Positions 15,001 through 30,000 of a DNA stretch of 64,000 nt are shown piece by piece (the stretch's first letter is position 1; each line of letters opens with the position of its first letter). This DNA is from Eledone cirrhosa (taxonomy: Eukaryota): the NCBI GenBank assembly GCA_964016885.1, contig OZ024742.1:289664001-289728000 (forward strand). The letters are read 5' to 3'. Made by a program: the position numbers and the translations under genes. The notes beneath the pieces were generated by a model, which did not search any database, was not told where the DNA came from, and saw only the letters and a program-made list of their open reading frames with translations.

Positions 15001-18000
15001 TGAGACAGTGGCAGTGATTGTAGAGGATGTTATGTGGCAGTGAGACAGTGGCAGTGATTGTAGAGGATGTTATGTGGTAGTGAGACAGTGGCAGTGATTG
15101 TAGAGGATGTTATGTGGCAGTGAGACAGTGGCAGTAAATGTAGAGGATGTTATGTGGCAGTGAGACAGTGGCAGTGATTGTAGAGGATGTTATGTGGCAG
15201 TGAGACAGTGACAGTGATTGTAGAGGATGTTATGTGGTAGTGAGACAGTGGCAGTGATTGTAGAGGATGTTATGTGGCAGTGAGACAGTGACAGTGATTG
15301 TTGAGGATGTTATGTGGTAGTGAGACAGTGGCAGTGATTGTAGAGGATGTTATGTGGTAGTGAGACAGTGGCAGTGATTGTAGAGGATGTTATGTGGTAG
15401 TGAGACAGTGGCAGTGAATGTAGAGGATGTTATGTGGCAGTGAGACAGTGGCAGTGATTGTAGAGGATGTTATGTGGTAGTGAGACAGTGGCAGTGATTG
15501 TAAAGGATGTTATGTGGTAGTGAGACAGTGGCAGTGATTGTAGAGGATGTTATGTGGCACTGAGACAGTGGCAGTGATTGTAGAGGATGTTATGTGGTAG
15601 TGAGACAGTGGCAGTGATTGTAGAGGATGTTATGTGGCAGTGAGACAGTGGCAGTGATTGTAGAGGATGTTATGTGGCAGTGAGACAGTGGCAGTGATTG
15701 TAGAGGATGTTATGTGGCAGTGAGACAGTGGCAGTGATTGTAGAGGATGTTATGTGGCAGTGATTGTAGAGGATGTTATGTGGTAGTGATACAGTGGCAG
15801 TGATTGTAGAGGATGTTACGTGGTAGTGACACAGTGGCAGTGATTGTAGAGGATGTTATGTGGTAGTGAGACAGTGGCACTGATTGTAGAGGATGTTATG
15901 TGGTAGTGAGACAGTGGCAGTGATTGTAGAGGATGTTATGTGATAGTGAGACAGTGGCAGTGATAATAGAGGATGTTATGTGGTAGTGAGACAGTGGCAG
16001 TGATTGTAGAGGATGTTATGTGGTAGTGAGATAGTGGCAGTGATTGTAGAGGATGTTATGTGGTAGTGAGATAGTGGCAGTGATTGTAGAGGATGTTATG
16101 TGGCAGTGAGACAGTGGCAGTGATTGTAGAGGATGTTATGTGGTAGTGAGACAGTGGCAGTGATTGTAGAGGATGTTATGTGGCAGTGAGACAGTGGCAG
16201 TGATTGTAGAGGATGTTATGTGGCAGTGAGACAGTGGCAGTGATTGTAGAGGATGTTATGTGGCAGTGAGACAGTGGCAGTGATTGTAGAGGATGTTATG
16301 TGGCAGTGAGACAGTGGCATTGATTGTAGAGGATGTTATGTGGTAGTGAGACAGTGGCAGTGATTGTAGAGGATGTTATGTGGTAGTGAGACAGTGGCAG
16401 TGATTGTAGAGGATGTTATGTGGTAGTGAGACAGTGGCAGTGATTGTAGAGGATGTTATGTGGCAGTGAGACAGTGGCAGTGATTGTAGAGGATGTTATG
16501 TGGTAGTGAGACAGTGGCAGTGATTGTAGAGGATGTTATATGGTAGTGAGACAGTGGCAGTAAATGTAGAGGATGTTATGTGGCAGTGAGACAGTGACAG
16601 TGATTGTAGAGGATGTTATGTGGTAGTGAGACAGTGGCAGTAATTGTAGAGGATGTTATGTGGTAGTGAGACAGTGGCAGTGATTGTAGAGGATGTTATG
16701 TGGCAGTGAGACAGTGGCAGTGATTGTAGAGGATGTTATGTGGTAGTGAGACAGTGGCAGTGATTGTAGAGGATGTTATGTGGCAGTGAGACAGTGGCAG
16801 TGATTGTAGAGGATGTTATGTGGTAGTGAGATAGTGGCAGTGATTGTAGAGGATGTTATGTGGCAGTGAGACAGTGGCAGTAAATGTAGAGGATGTTATG
16901 TGGTAGTGAGACAGTGGCAGTGATTGTAGAGGATGTTATGTGGCAGTGAGACAGTGACAGTGATTGTAGAGGATATTATGTGGTAGTGAGACAGTGGCAG
17001 TGATTGTAGAGGATGTTATGTGGCAGTGAGACAGTGGCAGTGATTGTAGAGGATGTTATGTGGTAGTGAGACAGTGGCAGTGATTGTAGAGGATGTTATG
17101 TGGCAGTGAGACAGTGGCAGTGATTGTAGAGGATGTTATGTGGCAGTGAGACAGTGGCAGTGATTGTAGAGGATGTTATGTGGTAGTGAGACAGTGGCAG
17201 TGATTGTAGAGGATGTTATGTGGTAGTGAGACAGTGGCAGTGATTGTAGAGGATGTTATGTGGCAGCGAGACAGTGGCAGTGATTGTAGAGGATGTTATG
17301 TGGCAGTGAGACAGTGGCAGTGATTGTAGAGGATGTTATGTGGCAGTGAGACAGTGGCAGTGATTGTAGAGGATGTTATGTGGTAGTGAGAGAGTGGCAG
17401 TGATTGTAGAGGATGTTATGTGGCAGTGAGACAGTGGCAGTGATTGTAGAGGATGTTATGTGGCAGTGAGACAGTGGGAGTGATTGTAGAGGATGTTATG
17501 TGGCAGTGAGACAGTGGGAGTGATTGTAGAGGATGTTATGTGGCAGTGAGACAGTGGCAGTTATTGTAGAGGATGTTATGTGGTAGTGAGACAGTGGCAG
17601 TGATTGTAGAGGATGTTATGTGGTAGTGAGACAGTGGCAGTGATTGTAGAGGATGTTATGTGGTAGTGAGACAGTGGCAGTGATTGTAGAGCATGTTATG
17701 TGGCAGTGAGACAGTGGCAGTGATTGTAGAGGATGTTATGTGGCAGTGAGACAGTGGCAGTGATTGTAGAGGATGTTATGTGGTAGTAAGACAGTGGCAG
17801 TGATTGTAGAGGATGTTATGTGGCAGTGAGACAGTGGCAGTGATTGTAGAGGATGTTATGTGGTAGTGAGACAGTGGCAGTGATTGTAAAGGATGTTATG
17901 TGGTAGTGAGACAGTGGCAGTGATTGTAGAGGATGTTATGTGGCACTGAGACAGTGGCATTGATTGTAGAGGATGTTATGTGGTAGTGAGACAGTGGCAG

Positions 18001-21000
18001 TGATTGTAGAGGATGTTATGTGGTAGTGAGACAGTGGCAGTGATTGTAGAGGATGTTATGTGGTAGTGAGACAGTGGCAGTGATTGTAGAGGATGTTATG
18101 TGGTAGTGAGACAGTGGCAGTGATTGTAGAGGATGTTATGTGGCAGTGAGACAGTGGCAGTGATTGTAGAGGATGTTATGTGGTAGTGAGACAGTGGCAG
18201 TGATTGTAGAGGATGTTACGTGGCAGTGAGACAGTGGCAGTAAATGTAGAGGATGTTATGTGGCAGTGAGACAGTGGCAGTGATTGTAGAGGATGTTATG
18301 TGGCAGTGAGACAGTGACAGTGATTGTAGAGGATGTTATGTGGTAGTGAGACAGTGGCAGTGATTGTAGAGGATGTTATGTGGCAGTGAGACAGTGGCAG
18401 TGATTGTAGAGGATGTTATGTGGTAGTGAGACAGTGGGAGTCATTGTAAAGGATGTTATGTGGCAGTGAGACAGTGGCAGTGATTGTAGAGGATGTTATG
18501 TGGCAGTGAGACAGTGGCAGTGATTGTAGAGGATGTTATGTGGTAGTGAGACAGTGGGAGTGATTGTAAAGGATGTTATGTGGCAGTGAGACAGTGGCAG
18601 TGATTGTAGAGGATGTTATGTGGCAGTGAGACAGTGGCAGTGATTGTAGAGGATGTTATGTGGTAGTGAGACAGTGGCAGTGATTGTAGAGCATGTTATG
18701 TGATAGTGAGACAGTGGCAGTGATAATAGAGGATGTTATGTGGTAGTGAGACAGTGGCAGTGATTGTAGAGGATGTTATGTGGTAGTGAGACAGTGGCAG
18801 TGATTGTAGAGGATGTTATGTGGTAGTGAGACAGTGGCAGTGATTGTAGAGGATGTTATGTGGTAGTGAGACAGTGGCAGTGATTGTAGAGGATGTTATG
18901 TGGCAGTGAGACAGTGGCAGTGATTGTAGAGGATGTTATGTGGTAGTGAGACAGTGGCAGTGATTGTAGAGGATGTTATGTGGCAGTGAGACAGTGGCAG
19001 TAAATGTAGAGGATGTTATGTGGCAGTGAGACAGTGGCAGTGATTGTAGAGGATGTTATGTGGCAGTGAGACAGTGACAGTGATTGTAGAGGATGTTATG
19101 TGGTAGTGAGACAGTGGCAGTGATTGTAGAGGATGTTATGTGGCAGTGAGACAGTGACAGTGATTGTTGAGGATGTTATGTGGTAGTGAGACAGTGGCAG
19201 TGATTGTAGAGGATGTTATGTGGTAGTGAGACAGTGGCAGTGATTGTAGAGGATGTTATGTGGTAGTGAGACAGTGGCAGTGAATGTAGAGGATGTTATG
19301 TGGCAGTGAGACAGTGGCAGTGATTGTAGAGGATGTTATGTGGTAGTGAGACAGTGGCAGTGATTGTAAAGGATGTTATGTGGTAGTGAGACAGTGGCAG
19401 TGATTGTAGAGGATGTTATGTGGCACTGAGACAGTGGCAGTGATTGTAGAGGATGTTATGTGGTAGTGAGACAGTGGCAGTGATTGTAGAGGATGTTATG
19501 TGGCAGTGAGACAGTGGCAGTGATTGTAGAGGATGTTATGTGGCAGTGAGACAGTGGCAGTGATTGTAGAGGATGTTATGTGGCAGTGAGACAGTGGCAG
19601 TGATTGTAGAGGATGTTATGTGGCAGTGAGACAGTGGCAGTGATTGTAGAGGATGTTATGTGGCAGTGATTGTAGAGGATGTTATGTGGTAGTGATACAG
19701 TGGCAGTGATTGTAGAGGATGTTACGTGGTAGTGACACAGTGGCAGTGATTGTAGAGGATGTTATGTGGTAGTGAGACAGTGGCACTGATTGTAGAGGAT
19801 GTTATGTGGTAGTGAGACAGTGGCAGTGATTGTAGAGGATGTTATGTGATAGTGAGACAGTGGCAGTGATAATAGAGGATGTTATGTGGTAGTGAGACAG
19901 TGGCAGTGATTGTAGAGGATGTTATGTGGTAGTGAGATAGTGGCAGTGATTGTAGAGGATGTTATGTGGTAGTGAGATAGTGGCAGTGATTGTAGAGGAT
20001 GTTATGTGGCAGTGAGACAGTGGCAGTGATTGTAGAGGATGTTATGTGGTAGTGAGACAGTGGCAGTGATTGTAGAGGATGTTATGTGGCAGTGAGACAG
20101 TGGCAGTGATTGTAGAGGATGTTATGTGGCAGTGAGACAGTGGCAGTGATTGTAGAGGATGTTATGTGGCAGTGAGACAGTGGCAGTGATTGTAGAGGAT
20201 GTTATGTGGCAGTGAGACAGTGGCATTGATTGTAGAGGATGTTATGTGGTAGTGAGACAGTGGCAGTGATTGTAGAGGATGTTATGTGGTAGTGAGACAG
20301 TGGCAGTGATTGTAGAGGATGTTATGTGGTAGTGAGACAGTGGCAGTGATTGTAGAGGATGTTATGTGGCAGTGAGACAGTGGCAGTGATTGTAGAGGAT
20401 GTTATGTGGTAGTGAGACAGTGGCAGTGATTGTAGAGGATGTTATATGGTAGTGAGACAGTGGCAGTGATTGTAGAGGATGTTATGTGGCAGTGAGACAG
20501 TGACAGTGATTGTAGAGGATGTTATGTGGTAGTGAGACAGTGGCAGTAATTGTAGAGGATGTTATGTGGTAGTGAGACAGTGGCAGTGATTGTAGAGGAT
20601 GTTATGTGGCAGTGAGACAGTGGCAGTGATTGTAGAGGATGTTATGTGGTAGTGAGACAGTGGCAGTGATTGTAGAGGATGTTATGTGGCAGTGAGACAG
20701 TGGCAGTGATTGTAGAGGATGTTATGTGGTAGTGAGATAGTGGCAGTGATTGTAGAGGATGTTATGTGGCAGTGAGACAGTGGCAGTAAATGTAGAGGAT
20801 GTTATGTGGTAGTGAGACAGTGGCAGTGATTGTAGAGGATGTTATGTGGCAGTGAGACAGTGACAGTGATTGTAGAGGATATTATGTGGTAGTGAGACAG
20901 TGGCAGTGATTGTAGAGGATGTTATGTGGCAGTGAGACAGTGGCAGTGATTGTAGAGGATGTTATGTGGTAGTGAGACAGTGGCAGTGATTGTAGAGGAT

Positions 21001-24000
21001 GTTATGTGGCAGTGAGACAGTGGCAGTGATTGTAGAGGATGTTATGTGGCAGTGAGACAGTGGCAGTGATTGTAGAGGATGTTATGTGGTAGTGAGACAG
21101 TGGCAGTGATTGTAGAGGATGTTATGTGGTAGTGAGACAGTGGCAGTGATTGTAGAGGATGTTATGTGGCAGCGAGACAGTGGCAGTGATTGTAGAGGAT
21201 GTTATGTGGCAGTGAGACAGTGGCAGTGATTGTAGAGGATGTTATGTGGCAGTGAGACAGTGGCAGTGATTGTAGAGGATGTTATGTGGTAGTGAGACAG
21301 TGGCAGTGATTGTAGAGGATGTTATGTGGCAGTGAGACAGTGGCAGTGATTGTAGAGGATGTTATGTGGCAGTGAGACAGTGGGAGTGATTGTAGAGGAT
21401 GTTATGTGGCAGTGAGACAGTGGGAGTGATTGTAGAGGATGTTATGTGGCAGTGAGACAGTGGCAGTTATTGTAGAGGATGTTATGTGGTAGTGAGACAG
21501 TGGCAGTGATTGTAGAGGATGTTATGTGGTAGTGAGACAGTGGCAGTGATTGTAGAGGATGTTATGTGGTAGTGAGACAGTGGCAGTGATTGTAGAGCAT
21601 GTTATGTGGCAGTGAGACAGTGGCAGTGATTGTAGAGGATGTTATGTGGCAGTGAGACAGTGGCAGTGATTGTAGAGGATGTTATGTGGTAGTAAGACAG
21701 TGGCAGTGATTGTAGAGGATGTTATGTGGCAGTGAGACAGTGGCAGTGATTGTAGAGGATGTTATGTGGTAGTGAGACAGTGGCAGTGATTGTAAAGGAT
21801 GTTATGTGGTAGTGAGACAGTGGCAGTGATTGTAGAGGATGTTATGTGGCACTGAGACAGTGGCATTGATTGTAGAGGATGTTATGTGGTAGTGAGACAG
21901 TGGCAGTGATTGTAGAGGATGTTATGTGGTAGTGAGACAGTGGCAGTGATTGTAGAGGATGTTATGTGGTAGTGAGACAGTGGCAGTGATTGTAGAGGAT
22001 GTTATGTGGTAGTGAGACAGTGGCAGTGATTGTAGAGGATGTTATGTGGCAGTGAGACAGTGGCAGTGATTGTAGAGGATGTTATGTGGTAGTGAGACAG
22101 TGGCAGTGATTGTAGAGGATGTTATGTGGCAGTGAGACAGTGGCAGTAAATGTAGAGGATGTTATGTGGCAGTGAGACAGTGGCAGTGATTGTAGAGGAT
22201 GTTATGTGGCAGTGAGACAGTGACAGTGATTGTAGAGGATGTTATGTGGTAGTGAGACAGTGGCAGTGATTGTAGAGGATGTTATGTGGCAGTGAGACAG
22301 TGACAGTGATTGTTGAGGATGTTATGTGGTAGTGAGACAGTGGCAGTGATTGTAGAGGATGTTATGTGGTAGTGAGACAGTGGCAGTGATTGTAGAGGAT
22401 GTTATGTGGTAGTGAGACAGTGGCAGTGATTGTAGAGGATGTTATGTGGCAGTGAGACAGTGGCAGTGATTGTAGAGGATGTTATGTGGCAGTGAGACAG
22501 TGGCAGTGATTGTAGAGGATGTTATGTGGCAGTGAGACAGTGGCAGTGATTGTAGAGGATGTTATGTGGCAGCGAGACAGTGGCAGTGATTGTAGAGGAT
22601 GTTATGTGGCAGTGAGACAGTGGCAGTGATTGTAGAGGATGTTATGTGGCAGTGAGACAGTGGCAGTGATTGTAGAGGATGTTATGTGGTAGTGAGACAG
22701 TGGCAGTGATTGTAGAGGATGTTATGTGGCAGTGAGACAGTGGCAGTGATTGTAGAGGATGTTATGTGGCAGTGAGACAGTGGGAGTGATTGTAGAGGAT
22801 GTTATGTGGCAGTGAGACAGTGGGAGTGATTGTAGAGGATGTTATGTGGCAGTGAGACAGTGGCAGTTATTGTAGAGGATGTTATGTGGTAGTGAGACAG
22901 TGGCAGTGATTGTAGAGGATGTTATGTGGTAGTGAGACAGTGGCAGTGATTGTAGAGGATGTTATGTGGTAGTGAGACAGTGGCAGTGATTGTAGAGCAT
23001 GTTATGTGGCAGTGAGACAGTGGCAGTGATTGTAGAGTATGTTATGTGGCAGTGAGACAGTGGCAGTGATTGTAGAGGATGTTATGTGGTAGTAAGACAG
23101 TGGCAGTGATTGTAGAGGATGTTATGTGGCAGTGAGACAGTGGCAGTGATTGTAGAGGATGTTATGTGGTAGTGAGACAGTGGCAGTGATTGTAAAGGAT
23201 GTTATGTGGTAGTGAGACAGTGGCAGTGATTGTAGAGGATGTTATGTGGCACTGAGACAGTGGCAGTGATTGTAGAGGATGTTATGTGGCAGTGAGACAG
23301 TGGCATTGATTGTAGAGGATGTTATGTGGTAGTGAGACAGTGGCAGTGATTGTAGAGGATGTTATGTGGTAGTGAGACAGTGGCAGTGATTGTAGAGGAT
23401 GTTATGTGGTAGTGAGACAGTGGCAGTGATTGTAGAGGATGGTATGTGGTGGTGAGACAGTGGCAGTGATTGTAGAGGATGTTATGTGGCAGTGAGACAG
23501 TGGCAGTGATTGTAGAGGATGTTATGTGGTAGTGAGACAGTGGCAGTGATTGTAGAGGATGTTATGTGGCAGTGAGACAGTGGCAGTAAATGTAGAGGAT
23601 GTTATGTGGCAGTGAGACAGTGGCAGTGATTGTAGAGGATGTTATGTGGCAGTGAGACAGTGACAGTGATTGTAGAGGATGTTATGTGGTAGTGAGACAG
23701 TGGCAGTGATTGTAGAGGATGTTATGTGGCAGTGAGACAGTGACAGTGATTGTTGAGGATGTTATGTGGTAGTGAGACAGTGGCAGTGATTGTAGAGGAT
23801 GTTATGTGGTAGTGAGACAGTGGCAGTGATTGTAGAGGATGTTATGTGGTAGTGAGACAGTGGCAGTGATTGTAGAGGATGTTATGTGGTAGTGAGACAG
23901 TGGCAGTGATTGTAGAGGATGTTATGTGGCAGTGAGACAGTGGCAGTGATTGTAGAGGATGTTATGTGGTAGTGAGACAGTGGCAGTGATTGTAGAGGAT

Positions 24001-27000
24001 GTTATGTGGCAGTGAGACAGTGGCAGTGATTGTAGAGGATGTTATGTGGCAGTGATTGTAGAGGATGTTATGTGGCAGTGAGACAGTGGCAGTGATTGTA
24101 GAGGATGTTATGTGGCAGTGAGACAGTGGCAGTGATTGTAGAGGATTTTATGTGGTAGTGAGACAGTGGCAGTGATTGTAGAGGAGGTTATGTGGCAGTG
24201 AGACAGTGGCAGTGATTGTAGAGGATGTTATGTGGTAGTGAGACAGTGGCAGTGATTGTAGAGGATGTTATGTGGTAGTGAGACAGTGGCAGTGATTGTA
24301 GAGGATGTTATGTGGTAGTGAGACAGTGGCAGTGATTGTAGAGCATGTTATGTGGTAGTGAGACAGTGGCAGTGATTGTAGAGGATGTTATGTGGTAGTG
24401 AGACAGTGGCAGTGATTGTAGAGCATGTTATGTGGTAGTGAGACAGTGGCAGTGATTGTAGAGGATGTTATGTGGCAGTGAGACAGTGGCAGTGATTGTA
24501 GAGGATGTTATGTGGTAGTGAGACAGTGGCAGTGATTGTAAAGGATGTTATGTGGTAGTGAGACAGTGGCAGTGATTGTAGAGCATGTTATGTGGTAGTG
24601 AGACAGTGGCAGTGATTGTAGAGGATGTTATGTGGCAGTGAGACAGTGGCAGTGATTGTAGAGGATGTTATGTGGCAGTGAGACAGTGGCAGTGATTGTA
24701 GAGGATGTTATGTGGTAGTAAGACAGTGGCAGTGATTGTAGAGGATGTTATGTGGCAGTGAGACAGTGGCACTGATTGTAGAGGATGTTATGTGGTAGTG
24801 AGACAGTGGCAGTGATTGTAAAGGATGTTATGTGGTAGTGAGACAGTGGCAGTGATTGTAGAGGATGTTATGTGGCACTGAGACAGTGGCAGTGATTGTA
24901 GAGGATGTTATGTGGTAGTGAGACAGTGGCAGTGATTGTAGAGGATGTTATGTGGCAGTGAGACAGTGGCAGTGATTGTTGAGGATGTTATGTGGTAGTG
25001 AGACAGTGGCAGTGATTGTAGAGGATGTTATGTGGTAGTGAGACAGTGGCAGTGATTGTAGAGGATGTTATGTGGCAGTGAGACAGTGGCAGTGATTGTA
25101 GAGGATGTTATGTGGTAGTGAGACAGTGGCAGTGATTGTAGAGGATGTTATGTGGTAGTGAGACAGTGGCAGTGATTGTAGAGGATGTTATGTGGCAGTG
25201 AGACAGTGGCAGTGATTGTAGAGGATGTTATGTGGTAGTGAGACAGTGGCAGTGATTGTAGAGGATGTTATGTGGCAGTGAGACAGTGGCAGTGATTGTA
25301 GAGGATGTTATGTGGCAGTGAGACAGTGGCAGTGATTGTAGAGGATGTTATGTGGTAGTGAGACAGTGGCAGTGATTGTAGAGGATGTTATGTGGCAGTG
25401 AGACAGTGGCAGTGATTGTAGAGGATGTTATGTGGTAGTGAGACAGTGGGAGTGATTGTAAAGGATGTTATGTGGCAGTGAGACAGTGGCAGTGATTGTA
25501 GAGGATGTTATGTGGCAGTGAGACAGTGGCAGTGATTGTAGAGGATGTTATGTGGTAGTGAGACAGTGGCAGTGATTGTAGAGCATGTTATGTGATAGTG
25601 AGACAGTGGCAGTGATAATAGAGGATGTTATGTGGTAGTGAGACAGTGGCAGTGATTGTAGAGGATGTTATGTGGTAGTGAGACAGTGGCAGTGATTGTA
25701 GAGGATGTTATGTGGTAGTGAGACAGTGGCAGTGATTGTAGAGCATGTTATGTGATAGTGAGACAGTGGCAGTGATAATAGAGGATGTTATGTGGTAGTG
25801 AGACAGTGGCAGTGATTGTAGAGGATGTTATGTGGTAGTGAGACAGTGGCAGTGATTGTAGAGGATGTTATGTGGCAGTGAGACAGTGGCTGTGATTGTA
25901 GAGGATGTTATGTGGCAGTGAGACAGTGGCAGTGATTGTAGAGGATGTTATGTGGCAGTGAGACAGTGGCAGTGATTGTAGAGGATGTTATGTGGCAGTG
26001 AGACAGTGGCATTGATTGTAGAGGATGTTATGTGGTAGTGAGACAGTGGCAGTGATTGTAGAGGATGTTATGTGGTAGTGAGACAGTGGCAGTGATTGTA
26101 GAGGATGTTATGTGGTAGTGAGACAGTGGCAGTGATTGTAGAGGATGTTATGTGGCAGTGAGACAGTGGCAGTGATTGTAGAGGATGTTATGTGGTAGTG
26201 AGACAGTGGCAGTGATTGTAGAGGATGTTTTATGGTAGTGAGACAGTGGCAGTGATTATAGAGGATGTTATGTGGCAGTGAGACAGTGACAGTGATTGTA
26301 GAGGATGTTATGTGGTAGTGAGACAGTGGCAGTAATTGTAGAGGATGTTATGTGGTAGTGAGACAGTGGCAGTGATTGTAGAGGATGTTATGTGGCAGTG
26401 AGACAGTGGCAGTGATTGTAGAGGATGTTATGTGGTAGTGAGACAGTGGCAGTGATTGTAGAGGATGTTATGTGGCAGTGAGACAGTGGCAGTGATTGTA
26501 GAGGATGTTATGTGGTAGTGAATTAGTGGCAGTGATTGTAGAGGATGTTATGTGGCAGTGAGACAGTGGCAGTAAATGTAGAGGATGTTATGTGGTAGTG
26601 AGACAGTGGCAGTGATTGTAGAGGATGTTATGTGGCAGTGAGACAGTGACAGTGATTGTAGAGGATATTATGTGGTAGTGAGACAGTGGCAGTGATTGTA
26701 GAGGATGTTATGTGGCAGTGAGACAGTGGCAGTGATTGTAGAGGATGTTATGTGGTAGTGAGACAGTGGCAGTGATTGTAGAGGATGTTATGTGGAAGTG
26801 AGACAGTGGCAGTGATTGTAGAGGATGTTATGTGGCAGTGAGACAGTGGCAGTGATTGTAGAGGATGTTATGTGGTAGTGAGACAGTGGCAGTGATTGTA
26901 GAGGATGTTATGTGGTAGTGAGACAGTGGCAGTGATTGTAGAGGATGTTATGTGGCAGCGAGACAGTGGCAGTGATTGTAGAGGATGTTATGTGGCAGTG

Positions 27001-30000
27001 AGACAGTGGCAGTGATTGTAGAGGATGTTATGTGGCAGTGAGACAGTGGCAGTGATTGTAGAGGATGTTATGTGGTAGTGAGACAGTGGCAGTGATTGTA
27101 GAGGATGTTATGTGGCAGTGAGACAGTGGCAGTGATTGTAGAGGATGTTATGTGGCAGTGAGACAGTGGGAGTGATTGTAGAGGATGTTATGTGGCAGTG
27201 AGACAGAGGGAGTGATTGTAGAGGATGTTATGTGGCAGTGAGACAGTGGCAGTTATTGTAGAGGATGTTATGTGGTAGTGAGACAGTGGCAGTGATTGTA
27301 GAGGATGTTATGTGGTAGTGAGACAGTGGCAGTGATTGTAGAGGATGTTATGTGGTAGTGAGACAGTGGCAGTGATTGTAGAGCATGTTATGTGGCAGTG
27401 AGACAGTGGCAGTGATTGTAGAGGATGTTATGTGGCAGTGAGACAGTGGCAGTGATTGTAGAGGATGTTATGTGGTAGTAAGACAGTGGCAGTGATTGTA
27501 GAGGATGTTATGTGGCAGTGAGACAGTGGCAGTGATTGTAGAGGATGTTATGTGGTAGTGAGACAGTGGCAGTGATTGTAAAGGATGTTATGTGGTAGTG
27601 AGACAGTGGCAGTGATTGTAGAGGATGTTATGTGGCACTGAGACAGTGGCAGTGATTGTAGAGGATGTTATGTGGCAGTGAGACAGTGGCATTGATTGTA
27701 GAGGATGTTATGTGGTAGTGAGACAGTGGCAGTGATTGTAGAGGATGTTATGTGGTAGTGAGACAGTGGCAGTGATTGTAGAGGATGTTATGTGGTAGTG
27801 AGACAGTGGCAGTGATTGTAGAGGATGTTATGTGGCAGTGAGACAGTGGCAGTGATTGTAGAGGATGTTATGTGGTAGTGAGACAGTGGCAGTGATTGTA
27901 GAGGATGTTATGTGGCAGTGAGACAGTGGCAGTAAATGTAGAGGATGTTATGTGGCAGTGAGACAGTGGCAGTGATTGTAGAGGATGTTATGTGGCAGTG
28001 AGACAGTGACAGTGATTGTAGAGGATGTTATGTGGTAGTGAGACAGTGGCAGTGATTGTAGAGGATGTTATGTGGCAGTGAGACAGTGACAGTGATTGTT
28101 GAGGATGTTATGTGGTAGTGAGACAGTGGCAGTGATTGTAGAGGATGTTATGTGGTAGTGAGACAGTGGCAGTGATTGTAGAGGATGTTATGTGGTAGTG
28201 AGACAGTGGCAGTGATTGTAGAGGATGTTATGTGGTAGTGAGACAGTGGCAGTGATTGTAGAGGATGTTATGTGGCAGTGAGACAGTGGCAGTGATTGTA
28301 GAGGATGTTATGTGGTAGTGAGACAGTGGCAGTGATTGTAGAGGATGTTATGTGGCAGTGAGACAGTGGCAGTGATTGTAGAGGATGTTATGTGGCAGTG
28401 AGACAGTGGCAGTGATTGTAGAGGATGTTATGTGGTAGTGAGACAGTGGCAGTGATTGTAGAGGATGTTATGTGGCAGTGAGACAGTGGCAGTGATTGTA
28501 GAGGATTTTATGTGGTAGTGAGACAGTGGCAGTGATTGTAGAGGATGTTATGTGGCAGTGAGACAGTGGCAGTGATTGTAGAGGATGTTATGTGGTAGTG
28601 AGACAGTGGCAGTGATTGTAGAGGATGTTATGTGGTAGTTAGACAGTGGCAGTGATTGTAGAGGATGTTATGTGGTAGTGAGACAGTGGCAGTGATTGTA
28701 GAGCATGTTATGTGGTAGTGAGACAGTGGCAGTGATTGTAGAGGATGTTATGTGGTAGTGAGACAGTGGCAGTGATTGTAGAGCATGTTATGTGGTAGTG
28801 AGACAGTGGCAGTGATTGTAGAGGATGTTATGTGGCAGTGAGACAGTGGCAGTGATTGTAGAGGATGTTATGTTGTAGTGAGACAGTGGCAGTGATTGTA
28901 AAGGATGTTATGTGGTAGTGAGACAGTGGCAGTGATTGTAGAGCATGTTATGTGGTAGTGAGACAGTGGCAGTGATTGTAGAGGATGTTATGTGGCAGTG
29001 AGACAGTGGCAGTGATTGTAGAGGATGTTATGTGGCAGTGAGACAGTGGCAGTGATTGTAGAGGATGTTATGTGGTAGTAAGACAGTGGCAGTGATTGTA
29101 GAGCATGTTATGTGGTAGTGAGACAGTGGCAGTGATTGTAGAGGATGTTATGTGGCAGTGATTGTAGAGGATGTTATGTGGCAGTGAGACAGTGGCAGTG
29201 ATTGTAGAGGATGTTATGTGGCAGTGAGACAGTGGCACTGATTGTAGAGGATGTTATGTGGCAGTGAGACAGTGGCAGTGATTGTAGAGGATGTTATGTG
29301 GTAGTGAGACAGTGGCAGTGATTGTAGAGGATGTTATGTGGCAGTGAGACAGTGGCAGTGATTGTAGAGGATGTTATGTGGCAGTGAGACAGTGGCAGTG
29401 ATTGTAGAGGATGTTATGTGGCAGTGAGACAGTGGCAGTGATTGTAGAGCATGTTATGTGGTAGTGAGACAGTGGCAGTGATTGTAGAGGATGTTATGTG
29501 GCAGTGAGACAGTGGCAGTGATTGTAGAGGATGTTATGTGGCAGTGAGACAGTGGCACTGATTGTAGAGGATGTTATGTGGTAGTGAGACAGTGGCAGTG
29601 ATTGTAAAGGATGTTATGTGGTAGTGAGACAGTGGCAGTGATTGTAGAGGATGTTATGTGGCACTGAGACAGTGGCAGTGATTGTAGAGGATGTTATGTG
29701 GTAGTGAGACAGTGGCAGTGATTGTAGAGGATGTTATGTGGCAGTGAGACAGTGGCAGTGATTGTTGAGGATGTTATGTGGTAGTGAGACAGTGGCAGTG
29801 ATTGTAGAGGATGTTATGTGGTAGTGAGACAGTGGCAGTGATTGTAGAGGATGTTATGTGGTAGTGAGACAGTGGCAGTGATTGTAGAGGATGTTATGTG
29901 GCAGTGAGACAGTGGCAGTGATTGTAGAGGATGTTATGTGGTAGTGAGACAGTGGCAGTGATTGTAGAGGATGTTATGTGGCAGTGAGACAGTGGCAGTG

